From Acidimicrobiia bacterium (GTDB lineage: Bacteria; Actinomycetota; Acidimicrobiia; IMCC26256; DASPTH01), in contig DASUAS010000334.1 in NCBI GenBank assembly GCA_035763625.1, positions 1 through 43,735 of the forward strand: 43,735 bases of DNA, read 5' to 3'. Position numbers and translations under genes: made by a program. The notes below the pieces were generated by a model, which was given only the letters and a program-made list of their open reading frames with translations, was not told where the DNA came from and searched no databases. Below are positions 18,941 to 27,592 of the stretch, one piece after another; the stretch's first letter is position 1; every line of letters begins with the position of its first letter.

Positions 18941-18970
18941 GGGCGAAGCTACCATTCGGTAACTTCGCCC
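18941..18970. promoter_or_regulatory. inverted repeat GGGCGAAGCTACC-ATTC-GGTAACTTCGCCC in the ccr/thiolase divergent region
   Basis: 13-nt arms (12/13 complementary) with a 4-nt spacer. It fills most of the 52-bp gap between ccr ATG 18937 and thiolase ATG 18990. Its core matches the repeat at 4789..4808. Confidence 0.55.
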
Positions 18971-18989
18971 ACTGTTCTGGGGGTTCGCC

Positions 18990-20168
18990 ATGCCCGGCTC
19001 CGTGATCGTCTCGTCCGCCCGCACCCCCATCGGTCGTCTGTCGGGAGCCCTGGCCTCGTTGAGCGCGACCGATCTCGGCGGTCACGCGATCAAGGCCGCG
19101 CTGGCACGCGGCGGCGTGAGCCCGAGCCTCGTCGACTACGTGTACGTCGGCCAGGTCATCCAGGCCGGTTCGGGCCAGATGCCCGCGCGCCAGGCCGCGT
19201 TCAAAGCGGGCATCTCGCTCGACGTCCCGTCGGTCGGGCTCAACAAGGCCTGCCTCTCGGGCATCGACGCGATCTACCTCGCCGACCTCATGATCCAGGC
19301 GGGCGACGCCGACGTGGTCGTGGCGAGCGGCATGGAGTCGATGACGCGCGCGCCCTACCTGTTGAAGGAGGCGCGGTCGGGATACCGCATGGGCGACGGC
19401 GCGCTGCTCGACTCGATGCTCGCCGACGGACTGGTGTGTGGCCTCGAGGACATCCACATGGGCGAGAGCACCGAGCGCGCGACACGCGAGCACGGCGGGA
19501 TCACGCGGGAGGCGATGGACGACCTCGCGGCGAAGAGCCACGAGCGCGCCGCCAACGCGGCCAAGGAGGGACGCGTCACCGAGATCGAGCCGATCGCGAT
19601 CCCGCAGCGCAAGGGCGACCCCATCGTCGTCGACGCCGACGAAGGCATCCGGCCCGGGACCACCATCGAATCGCTGGCCGGGTTGCGTCCCGCGTTCGAC
19701 GGCGACGGCAGCATCACCGCCGGCAACGCATCGCAGATCTCCGACGGCGCGGCCGCGGTCGTCGTGATGTCGAAGGCCAAAGCGGAGGAGCTCGGCATCG
19801 AACCGCTCGCCGAGCTGCTCGCCTTCGGCAACGTCGCCGGCCCCGACACGTCGCTGCTCCACCAGCCCTCGGGCGCGATCAAGCAGGCGCTCGGGAAGCT
19901 CGGCGACGACGTGAGCGCACTCGACCTCATCGAGATCAACGAGGCGTTCGCCGCCGTCGGCGTGGCCTCGATGCAGGACCTCGGAGTCACCGACGAGATC
20001 GTGAACGTGAACGGCGGCGCGATCGCGCTCGGCCACCCGATCGGCATGTCCGGGACGCGGGTCGTGCTCACCTTGATCGACGAGCTACGCCGCCGGGGCG
20101 GCGGGCTCGGCGCGGCGTCGCTGTGCGGCGGCGGCGGCCAGGGCGAGGCCGCCCTCGTCCGCGTCTGA
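18990..20168 (+). CDS. acetyl-CoA acetyltransferase (thiolase II)
   Basis: 392 aa with NKACLSGIDA (catalytic Cys), GHPIGMSG and CGGGGQG. Confidence 0.92.
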   Translation: MPGSVIVSSARTPIGRLSGALASLSATDLGGHAIKAALARGGVSPSLVDYVYVGQVIQAGSGQMPARQAAFKAGISLDVPSVGLNKACLSGIDAIYLADLMIQAGDADVVVASGMESMTRAPYLLKEARSGYRMGDGALLDSMLADGLVCGLEDIHMGESTERATREHGGITREAMDDLAAKSHERAANAAKEGRVTEIEPIAIPQRKGDPIVVDADEGIRPGTTIESLAGLRPAFDGDGSITAGNASQISDGAAAVVVMSKAKAEELGIEPLAELLAFGNVAGPDTSLLHQPSGAIKQALGKLGDDVSALDLIEINEAFAAVGVASMQDLGVTDEIVNVNGGAIALGHPIGMSGTRVVLTLIDELRRRGGGLGAASLCGGGGQGEAALVRV

Positions 20169-20177
20169 GTCGACGAC

Positions 20178-20197
20178 CCGCGCGCCGTCGCGCGCGG
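20178..20197. terminator. GC hairpin between the convergent thiolase and DUF805 genes
   Basis: CCGCGCG, loop CCGTCG, CGCGCGG, flanked by an outer GACGAC...GTCGTC pairing. No U-tract. Confidence 0.35.
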
Positions 20198-20211
20198 CGA
20201 AGCCGTCGTCG

Positions 20212-20634
20212 CTACCCGACGTCGGGTAGGCCGTACTGGTTGGGACCGGGGGCGCCCTCGGTCGCCCAGAACACGATCAGCACGATGATGCCGACGAGCG
20301 GGATCAGGCCGATGAGCAGCCACCATCCGGTCTTGTCGGTGTCGTGCAACCGCCGGACGCCCACCGCGAGGCCGGGGATGAGCACCGCGAGGCCGTAGAT
20401 CACGTAGAGCACGAAGAAGATGTTCGAGACCGCGATCAGGATGTTGAAGACGATGCCGATGATGAGCGCGGCCAGGAAGTACCACCAGAATTCGGCCCGG
20501 CCGGAGCGGCCCTGGAACTGCGCGTAGCGCTCCAGGACGACGCGCTTCCAGTAGCCGACCAGCGGGTTGCTCATCGGTTGGGGCGCGCCGCCGCCGTAGT
20601 TGCTCGGCGGCGGCGGCGGCGGGATGTCGGTCAT
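20212..20634 (-). CDS. DUF805-family small membrane protein with polyproline N-terminus
   Basis: 140 aa. MTDIPPPPPPSNYGG..., followed by GRSGRAEFWWYFLA...RRLHDTDKTGWW, the DUF805 signature. Confidence 0.8.
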   Translation of the reverse strand: MTDIPPPPPPSNYGGGAPQPMSNPLVGYWKRVVLERYAQFQGRSGRAEFWWYFLAALIIGIVFNILIAVSNIFFVLYVIYGLAVLIPGLAVGVRRLHDTDKTGWWLLIGLIPLVGIIVLIVFWATEGAPGPNQYGLPDVG

Positions 20635-20662
20635 CGGGAGGAGCTCCTCATCGATCGGATGT

Positions 20663-21286
20663 CTACTGGAGGCTGAACGGCGGGTACCTGTTGGTGATCA
20701 GGAAGACGTAGCCGTACACCCGTGTGTGCCAACGCGCGACCCCGACGCAGAAGTCTCGCATCGACTCGTTCCATCGACCTGTGAACAACACGATGAACAG
20801 GTTGATCACCAACACGACGAACAGTGCGATCTCGAGCACCCCGAGGACGATGTAGTGAGGGAGGGCGAGCAGCCACTGCACGAACCCGAGGAATCGGTTC
20901 ATGTCGCCCGGGTCCTCAGCCGTCACGACGGCAGGATCCCGCATCGCTGAGACGTCATCGGTCGCGAAGTCGAACGGGGGGTACTCGTCGCGCATGAAGC
21001 CGGCGAAGCTCGAGACCCGCCAGTAGTACCGCAGGTACATCGTCTGGAATCCGACGAACGGGTTCCGCTGCGTGAAGAGCACGACGAAGAGCGAGATGAA
21101 CCACAGCACGAAGGCCACGATCCCGAGGACGTAGAGCACGATCCAATGCGGGATCGCGAGCAGCCAGTTGACCAGCGGCCGCCAGTTCTGGACGTCGTAG
21201 TCACGGTCGTAGTCGAGCTCGATCGGGTAGGAGGTCCCACCGCCCGGCCCGGCTGAGGACGGCGGCGGGGGCGGGATGTCCGTCAT
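20663..21286 (-). CDS. DUF4389-family membrane protein with polyproline N-terminus
   Basis: 207 aa. MTDIPPPPPSSAGPGGG..., followed by two NW..LLAIPH(W/Y)IVL-type repeats. Confidence 0.75.
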   Translation of the reverse strand: MTDIPPPPPSSAGPGGGTSYPIELDYDRDYDVQNWRPLVNWLLAIPHWIVLYVLGIVAFVLWFISLFVVLFTQRNPFVGFQTMYLRYYWRVSSFAGFMRDEYPPFDFATDDVSAMRDPAVVTAEDPGDMNRFLGFVQWLLALPHYIVLGVLEIALFVVLVINLFIVLFTGRWNESMRDFCVGVARWHTRVYGYVFLITNRYPPFSLQ

Positions 21287-21314
21287 CGGTCGCTCCTCAC
21301 GGTCGCCGGCGTCT

Positions 21315-21716
21315 TCACTCGTACAGTCGGTTCATCGCGCCCTGGACCTTGACGACCCAGATGATGAAGCCGATCAGGGGAATCAGGTTCCAGAAGCCCG
21401 TGACACCACGCACCGGCTTCTCGCGGCCCATGCGCGCGTAGATGTTGCCGACCTCCGAGGGGATCAGGAACCAGTTGACGATGCCGATGAGGATCCCGAT
21501 CACGAGGCCGATGACGCCGCCGACCCCCTCACCGCTGAAGTCCTTGTTCTCCTTGAAGATCTTGTAGGTCCAGACCAGGAAGTAGATGCCGAGGGTGATG
21601 ATCGAGAAGATGATCACCGCCACCGACTCACGGACCTTGCCCTTGGGTCCCCAGCCCGGGGCGGGCGCCGGTGTCGACGCGGGCGGCGGCGGTGGCGTGG
21701 GCGGCGTATCGGTCAT
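21315..21716 (-). CDS. DUF4234-family small membrane protein with polyproline N-terminus
   Basis: 133 aa. MTDTPPTPPPPPAST..., followed by FSIITLGIYFLVWTYKIFKE, which is DUF4234-like. GGAGGG lies upstream. Confidence 0.7.
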   Translation of the reverse strand: MTDTPPTPPPPPASTPAPAPGWGPKGKVRESVAVIIFSIITLGIYFLVWTYKIFKENKDFSGEGVGGVIGLVIGILIGIVNWFLIPSEVGNIYARMGREKPVRGVTGFWNLIPLIGFIIWVVKVQGAMNRLYE

Positions 21717-21808
21717 GGTCGGCTCCCTCCTGCCGGCGCTGCCGGAAGTCGAGGCGCCAGGCTCGCGCGATTCGTGACCGCGTGCAGGGATAGTCGACGT
21801 CTCGGCGG

Positions 21809-22417
21809 TCAGGCGTCCACTTCGCGACGACCCTCGAGCGCCCGGCCCAGCGTGACCTCGTCGGCGTACTCGAGGTCACCCCCGACGGGCAGACCGCTGG
21901 CGATGCGGGTCGTCCGCACGCCCAGGGGCTTCAACAGGCGGGCCAGGTACATGGCCGTCGCCTCACCCTCGATGTTGGGGTTGGTGGCGAGGATCACCTC
22001 GGTGACGCCCTCGCCGTCGACGCGCGCCAGCAACTCCTTGATCCGGAGCTGCTCGGGCCCGATGCCCTCGATGGGTGAGATCGCGCCCTGCAGCACGTGG
22101 TACCGGCCGGTGAACTCGTGGGTGCGCTCGACCGCGACGATGTCGCGGGGCTCCTCGACGACGCAGAGCAGGGTGGCGTCACGGCGGTCGTCCAGGCAGT
22201 AGCCGCAGAGCTCGCCCTCGGCGATGTTGAAGCAGCGGCGACACCAGGTGACGCGCTCCTTGGCTTCCATGATCACCCGGGCGAGGCGGTTCGCGTCCTC
22301 CGGGGCCGCCTTCAGGAGGTGGAAGGCGATCCGCTGCGCCGACTTGGGGCCGACACCCGGCAGCCGGCCGAGCTCGTCGATGAGCGCCTGGACCGGCGCG
22401 GCGTAGGGGCTGCTCAC
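21809..22417 (-). CDS. recR: recombination protein RecR
   Basis: 202 aa with a helix-hairpin-helix motif ([17 protein letters not shown]), a C4 zinc finger (CRRCFN...CGYC) and a Toprim domain. GTG start. Confidence 0.93.
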   Translation of the reverse strand: MSSPYAAPVQALIDELGRLPGVGPKSAQRIAFHLLKAAPEDANRLARVIMEAKERVTWCRRCFNIAEGELCGYCLDDRRDATLLCVVEEPRDIVAVERTHEFTGRYHVLQGAISPIEGIGPEQLRIKELLARVDGEGVTEVILATNPNIEGEATAMYLARLLKPLGVRTTRIASGLPVGGDLEYADEVTLGRALEGRREVDA

Positions 22418-22420
22418 GCG

Positions 22421-22768
22421 TCAGCCGAGCAGGCCACCGAGGTCGCCCAGCCCGCCGAGGTCGAGGCCGCCGGTGACACCGCCCATGCTCTCCTGCTGCA
22501 TCTCGTGCGAACGGCGCAGGCCGTCGGTCACCGCCGCGAGCACCAGGTCTTCGAGCATCTCCACGTCGTCGGGGTCGACGACGTCGGGCGAGATGTGGAC
22601 CGACCGCACGTCGCCGCTCCCGGTGACGACCACCTTCACCATCCCGCCGCCAGCCGAACCCTCGACGGTGGCCTCGGCCAGCGCGTCCTGCGCCGCGGCC
22701 ATGTCGGCCTGCATCTTCTGCATCTGCTTCATCATCTGGTTGAGCTGGCCCCCGCCGCCGCTCGGCAT
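22421..22768 (-). CDS. ybaB: YbaB/EbfC nucleoid-associated protein
   Basis: QLNQMMKQMQKMQADMAAAQDALAEATVEGSAGGGMVKVVVTGSGDV is typical YbaB. The start is set to ATG 22768, with GTG 22822 as an alternative. It ends 3 nt before recR. Confidence 0.85.
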   Translation of the reverse strand: MPSGGGGQLNQMMKQMQKMQADMAAAQDALAEATVEGSAGGGMVKVVVTGSGDVRSVHISPDVVDPDDVEMLEDLVLAAVTDGLRRSHEMQQESMGGVTGGLDLGGLGDLGGLLG

Positions 22769-22890
22769 CGGAGGTCGGCCACCTCGGCCCTTCGCCACAG
22801 CGCTCCCACTCGATCGCGACACGTACCGGTGCTCTGAACGCTACCTGCGGGCACTCGGCCCGGACGACCGTCAGACGGTCGAGGCCTTCG

Positions 22891-24687
22891 TCAGTCGCGG
22901 GGCACTTCCTCGACGACGGTGGCGCCCAGGCTCTGCGTGATCAGCGTCACCGAATCGGCCGCCGGCACCGTGGCGCTCTCGTCGACCAGGTCGGCGAGAT
23001 CGATCTCCTCGTCCGGTGGTGGTTCCTCGTCGAGCGGTGCGGTCGACGCGGCCCGGTCGGTGCCGGGGTCGGCGTCGAAGCCGTCGTGCGGCACCGGCTT
23101 GAACTTCATCTCGCGCCCGAGGAGTCGCGAGAGCGCAGCGCGGATGTTGTCCGCCTCCTTGCGGAAGCGCGGGAGCGCGACGTCGTACTGCGCGCGCGGC
23201 ACACCGAAGGTGATGACGCCGTCGTCGACCGCGAGCGGCTGCGCGGCGCTGACCGCGGCCTTGGTCGCGGGCGGCAGGCCCGACTGGATCTCGGCCCACG
23301 CCACGATCACGTCGTCGATGTCGACTTCACCCGCCGGCGCTGCGGCCGGTGCATCGGGCGGCGGCTCGGCGGGCGCGGCGGGGGCCGACTCGGCGATGTT
23401 CTGCGTCGCGCCCGCTTCTCGCTCGCGCTTCAGCTCCGCGTACGACTTGCCGGAGCGACCGGAGGACGCGCTGGGGGCAGCCGCCTCACGCGCCGCGGCA
23501 CGCGTCGACGATGCTGCCGCGTGAGGTTCGGCCGCGACGGGCGGCGCTCCACGCTCGAGCCGGTCGACGCGTTCGGCCAGGGCTTGCAGCGGTGTGCCCG
23601 CTTCGCGACGCGCGAGCTTCACGAGCGCGATCTCGACGACCAGACGCGGGTCGGCGGCATCGGTGCCGCGCATGTCGACGACCGCCTGGCCCAGGGTCTC
23701 GAGCATGCGGACGAGCATCGGCGCGCCGACCTGATCGCCGAGCGCGGTGAGCGCCTCGCGCGCGTCGTCGGGCGCGTCGACCCGCACGCGTCCACGAGCC
23801 GACGTGAGGAGGAACGCGTCGCGCACGGTGGTCAGCAGGTCCTCGGTGAGCCGGCGCGGCTCGCGGCCGGCGTCGAGCTGCTCCCCGAGCGCGACCAACG
23901 CCCCGGCGACGTCCTCGTCGGCAACCGCGCGCAGCACGGCGAGGCGATCGTCGAACGCGCTCCCCCCGAAGAGGGCACCGACCTGTTCGAGGTCGATGGC
24001 ACCGTGCGCGATCGCCTGGTCGAGGATCGAGAGCGAATCACGCATCGACCCTGCGCCTGCGCGCGCGATGACCGCCAGCGCCTCGGGATCGGCGTCGATC
24101 CCCTCCTTCGTGCACACGTCGGCGAGGTGCCCGACGATCTCGTCGACCGTGTAGAGCGTGAACTCGAAGTGCTGGGTGCGCGACCGGATCGTGGGCGCGA
24201 CCTTCGACGGGTCGGTGGTGGCGAGCACGAACACGACGTGTTCGGGCGACTCCTCGAGGGTCTTCAGCAGCGCGGCCTCCGCGCTCGCGCTCAGCATGTG
24301 CACCTCGTCGAGGATGTACACCTTCTTGGCGCCCCCGGCGCTGAGGTAGGCGACCCGTTCCAGCAGGTCGCGCATCTCGTCGACCTTGCTGCGTGAGGCG
24401 GCGTCGACCTCGATCACGTCGAGCGACGTGCCCTCGGCGATGGCGACGCAGCTCTCGCACTCCCCGCACGGATCGCCGTCGTCGCCCCGGTTCGTGCAGT
24501 TGAGGGCCTTCGCGAGCAGACGGGCGGTGGTCGTCTTGCCCGTACCCCGCGGTCCGGAGAACAGGTAGGCGTGACCGACCCGCCCGTCGCGCACCGAATT
24601 GCGCAGGGCCGTGCTCACGTGCTCCTGGCCCACGAGCTCCGAGAACCGCTGCGGGCGGTACTTGCGGTAGAGCGACTGGTACGCCAC
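22891..24687 (-). CDS. dnaX: DNA polymerase III subunit gamma/tau
   Basis: The start is set to GTG 24687 (VAYQSLYRKYRPQRFSELVGQEHV). Walker A GPRGTGKTT, a Zn module CGECESC and a Pro/Ala-rich tau linker are present. The upstream 80 codons of the ORF are not DnaX-like. Confidence 0.9.
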   Translation of the reverse strand: MAYQSLYRKYRPQRFSELVGQEHVSTALRNSVRDGRVGHAYLFSGPRGTGKTTTARLLAKALNCTNRGDDGDPCGECESCVAIAEGTSLDVIEVDAASRSKVDEMRDLLERVAYLSAGGAKKVYILDEVHMLSASAEAALLKTLEESPEHVVFVLATTDPSKVAPTIRSRTQHFEFTLYTVDEIVGHLADVCTKEGIDADPEALAVIARAGAGSMRDSLSILDQAIAHGAIDLEQVGALFGGSAFDDRLAVLRAVADEDVAGALVALGEQLDAGREPRRLTEDLLTTVRDAFLLTSARGRVRVDAPDDAREALTALGDQVGAPMLVRMLETLGQAVVDMRGTDAADPRLVVEIALVKLARREAGTPLQALAERVDRLERGAPPVAAEPHAAASSTRAAAREAAAPSASSGRSGKSYAELKREREAGATQNIAESAPAAPAEPPPDAPAAAPAGEVDIDDVIVAWAEIQSGLPPATKAAVSAAQPLAVDDGVITFGVPRAQYDVALPRFRKEADNIRAALSRLLGREMKFKPVPHDGFDADPGTDRAASTAPLDEEPPPDEEIDLADLVDESATVPAADSVTLITQSLGATVVEEVPRD

Positions 24688-24787
24688 GAGGCGACTGTAG
24701 CGATCGTGAACAGTTGGAATCGGGGGCGATCCGGGGCGGATCCGCGCGTAGCTTGGGGGCTTCCTCGGGCTCGGTGAGGTCTCCCGA

Positions 24788-26968
24788 ATGCTGCAACGGC
24801 TCGCGCGCCTCATGTACCGCCGACGTCGCTGGGTCCTCGGCGGGTGGATCGTCCTGCTCGTGGCGACGTTCGCGCTTTCGAGCGGGCTCGACGGCGCGTT
24901 CAAGACCGAGTTCCGCCTCCCCGGCACCGAGAGCCAGCAGGCCTACGACCTCCTCGCGAAGTCGAGCTTCCGCAACCGCCAGGTGCAGGCGCAGATCGTG
25001 TTCGCCGCCAGCCAGGGCGTGAAGGACCCGGCGGTCCGACAGGCGATGGAGCAGCTCTTCGACGAGGTCGACCAGAAGATCGCCAACGTCGACGTCGCGA
25101 GCCCCTACGCACCCGACGGCGCGCGGCAGATCTCGCGCAACGGGAAGATCGCGTACGCGCAGATCAACTTCGCCGACCGGTCCGGCGAAGCGTTCACGGA
25201 CGCGGGCAAGGAGATCAAGACCCTCGCGAAGGACGTCAAGGTCGACGGTCTGCACATCGACTTCGGCGGTGACATCTTCGCCGACGCCGAAGTCGGCGGG
25301 GCCAGCGAGGCCGTCGGGATCCTCGCCGCGATGATCATCCTGCTGATCGCGTTCGGTTCGCTGCTGGCGATGGGCCTGCCGATCGGCACCGCGCTGTTCG
25401 GGATCGGGACCGGCATCGCGATCGTCCTGTCGGTCCGCACGGTCGTCGACATGCCCAACTTCACCACCGCGGCAGTGGCGATGGTCGGTCTCGGGGTCGG
25501 CATCGACTACGCGCTGTTCATCGTCACGCGCTACCGGGAGAACCTCGGGGCCGGCCTCGATCCCGAGCGGAGCGTCGTCCACGCCCTCGACACCGCAGGA
25601 CGGGCGGTGCTCTTCGCGGGAACGACCGTCGTCATCTCCGTGCTCGGCCTGCTCCTGATGAAGACGTCGATCATGCGTGGCGTCGCGATCGGCATCTCGA
25701 TCGGCGTGCTCGTCACCATGCTCGCGTCGGTGACGCTGCTCCCGGCGCTGCTCGGCTTCGTGGGTCGCAACATCGACAAGTTCGGCCTCCCCCACCGCAA
25801 GCGTCCCGAAGGCGAGGTCAAGGAGTCGGGCTGGACCCGCTGGAGCCACGTGATCCAGCGCCACCCGTGGCCGGCCGCGATCCTCGGTCTGGTCTTCCTG
25901 CTCGTGCTGGCCGTCCCGCTGCTCTCGATGCGACTCGGCTTCACCGACGCCGGCAACCGACCGGAGAGCGACACGACCCGGCAGGCCTACGACCTCGTGG
26001 CCGAAGGGTTCGGTGCCGGCTTCAACGGTCCGCTGCTGCTGGCGACCGAGACGCCGAACGGCCAGGCCGACGTCGACGTCCTGAACCAGCTGGCCGCGAA
26101 GCTCAACGACACCAGGGGCGTCGCGTTCGCCACACCACCGCAGCCCAACCCCGAAGGCACGGTCGCGGTGCAGCAGGTGTTCCCCACCACCGACCCGCAG
26201 GCCAAGGCCACCGCGGATCTCGTCACGCACCTCCGCGACGACGTCATCCCGTCAGTCGTCGGTGATCGGGTCGACGTGAAGGTCGGCGGCCTGACCGCGG
26301 CCGCGGACGACTTCGCCGCCTACACCGCGGAACGGCTGCCAGTCTTCATGGGCGCAGTGCTGATCCTTTCGTTCCTGCTGCTGATGCTCGTCTTCCGCAG
26401 CGTGCTCGTGCCGCTGAAGGCCGTCATCATGAACCTGCTGTCCATCGGTGCCGCCTACGGCGTGGTGGTCGCCGTGTTCCAGTGGGGCTGGGGATCGAGC
26501 CTCATCGGCGTCGGGCGCGAGGCACCGGTGGAAGCGTGGGCGCCGGTGTTCATCTTCGCGATCGTGTTCGGGTTGTCGATGGACTACGAGGTGTTCCTGC
26601 TCTCCCGCATCCGCGAGGAGTACGACCGCACGGGCAACAACGCGACCGCGGTTGCCGACGGACTCGCGCTCACCGCGCGCGTCATCACCGCCGCCGCGCT
26701 CATCATGTTCTTCGTGTTCGGCAGCTTCGTGTTCGGGCCCGAGGTCGCGCTCAAGCTGATGGGCCTCGGCCTGGCAGTCGCAGTGCTCATCGACGCCACC
26801 GTGGTCCGGATGGTGCTGGTGCCCGCGACCATGGAGCTCCTGGGCGACTGGAACTGGTGGCTGCCCAAGTGGCTCGACCGGTTGCTCCCGCGCGTGCACG
26901 TCGAAGGCGCATCGCTCGACGACGAGCTCGCGGCGCTCGAGGAGTCGGAGCGGACACCGGTCGGCTGA
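24788..26968 (+). CDS. mmpL: MMPL-family (RND superfamily) membrane transporter
   Basis: 726 aa with two 6-TM bundles, each preceded by an extracytoplasmic domain. GIDYALFIVTRYRE and GLSMDYEVFLLSRIREE are MMPL signatures. Confidence 0.88.
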   Translation: MLQRLARLMYRRRRWVLGGWIVLLVATFALSSGLDGAFKTEFRLPGTESQQAYDLLAKSSFRNRQVQAQIVFAASQGVKDPAVRQAMEQLFDEVDQKIANVDVASPYAPDGARQISRNGKIAYAQINFADRSGEAFTDAGKEIKTLAKDVKVDGLHIDFGGDIFADAEVGGASEAVGILAAMIILLIAFGSLLAMGLPIGTALFGIGTGIAIVLSVRTVVDMPNFTTAAVAMVGLGVGIDYALFIVTRYRENLGAGLDPERSVVHALDTAGRAVLFAGTTVVISVLGLLLMKTSIMRGVAIGISIGVLVTMLASVTLLPALLGFVGRNIDKFGLPHRKRPEGEVKESGWTRWSHVIQRHPWPAAILGLVFLLVLAVPLLSMRLGFTDAGNRPESDTTRQAYDLVAEGFGAGFNGPLLLATETPNGQADVDVLNQLAAKLNDTRGVAFATPPQPNPEGTVAVQQVFPTTDPQAKATADLVTHLRDDVIPSVVGDRVDVKVGGLTAAADDFAAYTAERLPVFMGAVLILSFLLLMLVFRSVLVPLKAVIMNLLSIGAAYGVVVAVFQWGWGSSLIGVGREAPVEAWAPVFIFAIVFGLSMDYEVFLLSRIREEYDRTGNNATAVADGLALTARVITAAALIMFFVFGSFVFGPEVALKLMGLGLAVAVLIDATVVRMVLVPATMELLGDWNWWLPKWLDRLLPRVHVEGASLDDELAALEESERTPVG

Positions 26969-27000
26969 CGCACCACGCCGAGGAGGCGAGCGAGGGTCAG

Positions 27001-27426
27001 TCAGCCGAGTTGGCCACCGGCCGGGTCGTCGACGCCGGTCGGTGACGCGACCAGCGGGGGCCGGAGACGGGTTCCGCGTCCTCCGGCGCGTCGGAAGAGC
27101 ATCGCCAGCAGGCGACCTTCGAGGTCGGTCAGGCCGGCGAACTCCACGCCGACGCGCACGTGCCCGGCGTTGGAACGGGCGAGGTGACGGACCCGACCGG
27201 TGAACCGCAACGGGTCGGGTTCGGGATCGGCCCGGTCGACCAGCTCCAGCTCGACCTCGGCCAGGGGCGAGGCGTCGGTGGGGAGCATGAAGGCCTGGAA
27301 GCCGGCCCCGGTCGCGGACACGTCGATGAGCTCGCACTCCCGCCAGCCGGTGGCGCCGCCGAAGCGGTACCGGCCCTGCCACAGTGCCGCCGCATGGCGA
27401 GGCCGGCGGCGTCGTTCCTTGCCCAC
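27001..27426 (-). CDS. PilZ-domain protein (putative c-di-GMP receptor)
   Basis: The C-terminal part of ORF 27001..27891 reads VGKERRRRPRH...ELIDVSATGAGF...VGVEFAGL, which carries the RxxxR and DxSxxG PilZ motifs. The start is set to GTG 27426. No clear SD is present. Confidence 0.65.
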   Translation of the reverse strand: MGKERRRRPRHAAALWQGRYRFGGATGWRECELIDVSATGAGFQAFMLPTDASPLAEVELELVDRADPEPDPLRFTGRVRHLARSNAGHVRVGVEFAGLTDLEGRLLAMLFRRAGGRGTRLRPPLVASPTGVDDPAGGQLG

Positions 27427-27592
27427 GCAGTAGCACCGGCATCCGCGACCGCCAACTTGAGCCGAAATCCGCGCCGCGGCGACGGTGCCGACGCTCGGCG
27501 TTCCTGAGACACGGCTGTGCGAGGCGGTCTCGCCCTGCGGCGGCGCGCATCTACGGTCAAGCGCTGGAGGGCCCGGAGAGGTCGAAGGGCCG

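Noticed and set aside
22891-24687. Looked for a programmed frameshift or slippery A-run in dnaX that would generate a gamma subunit.
   Set aside because: I saw no A-rich heptamer or poly-A tract in the gene, so there is no sequence evidence for this mechanism here.
24688-24787. Looked for an SRP RNA or another ncRNA directly upstream of dnaX, its usual position.
   Set aside because: The 100-bp dnaX/mmpL divergent region contains no GGAAGCAGC-type domain IV sequence. The SRP RNA lies instead at 43108-43386.
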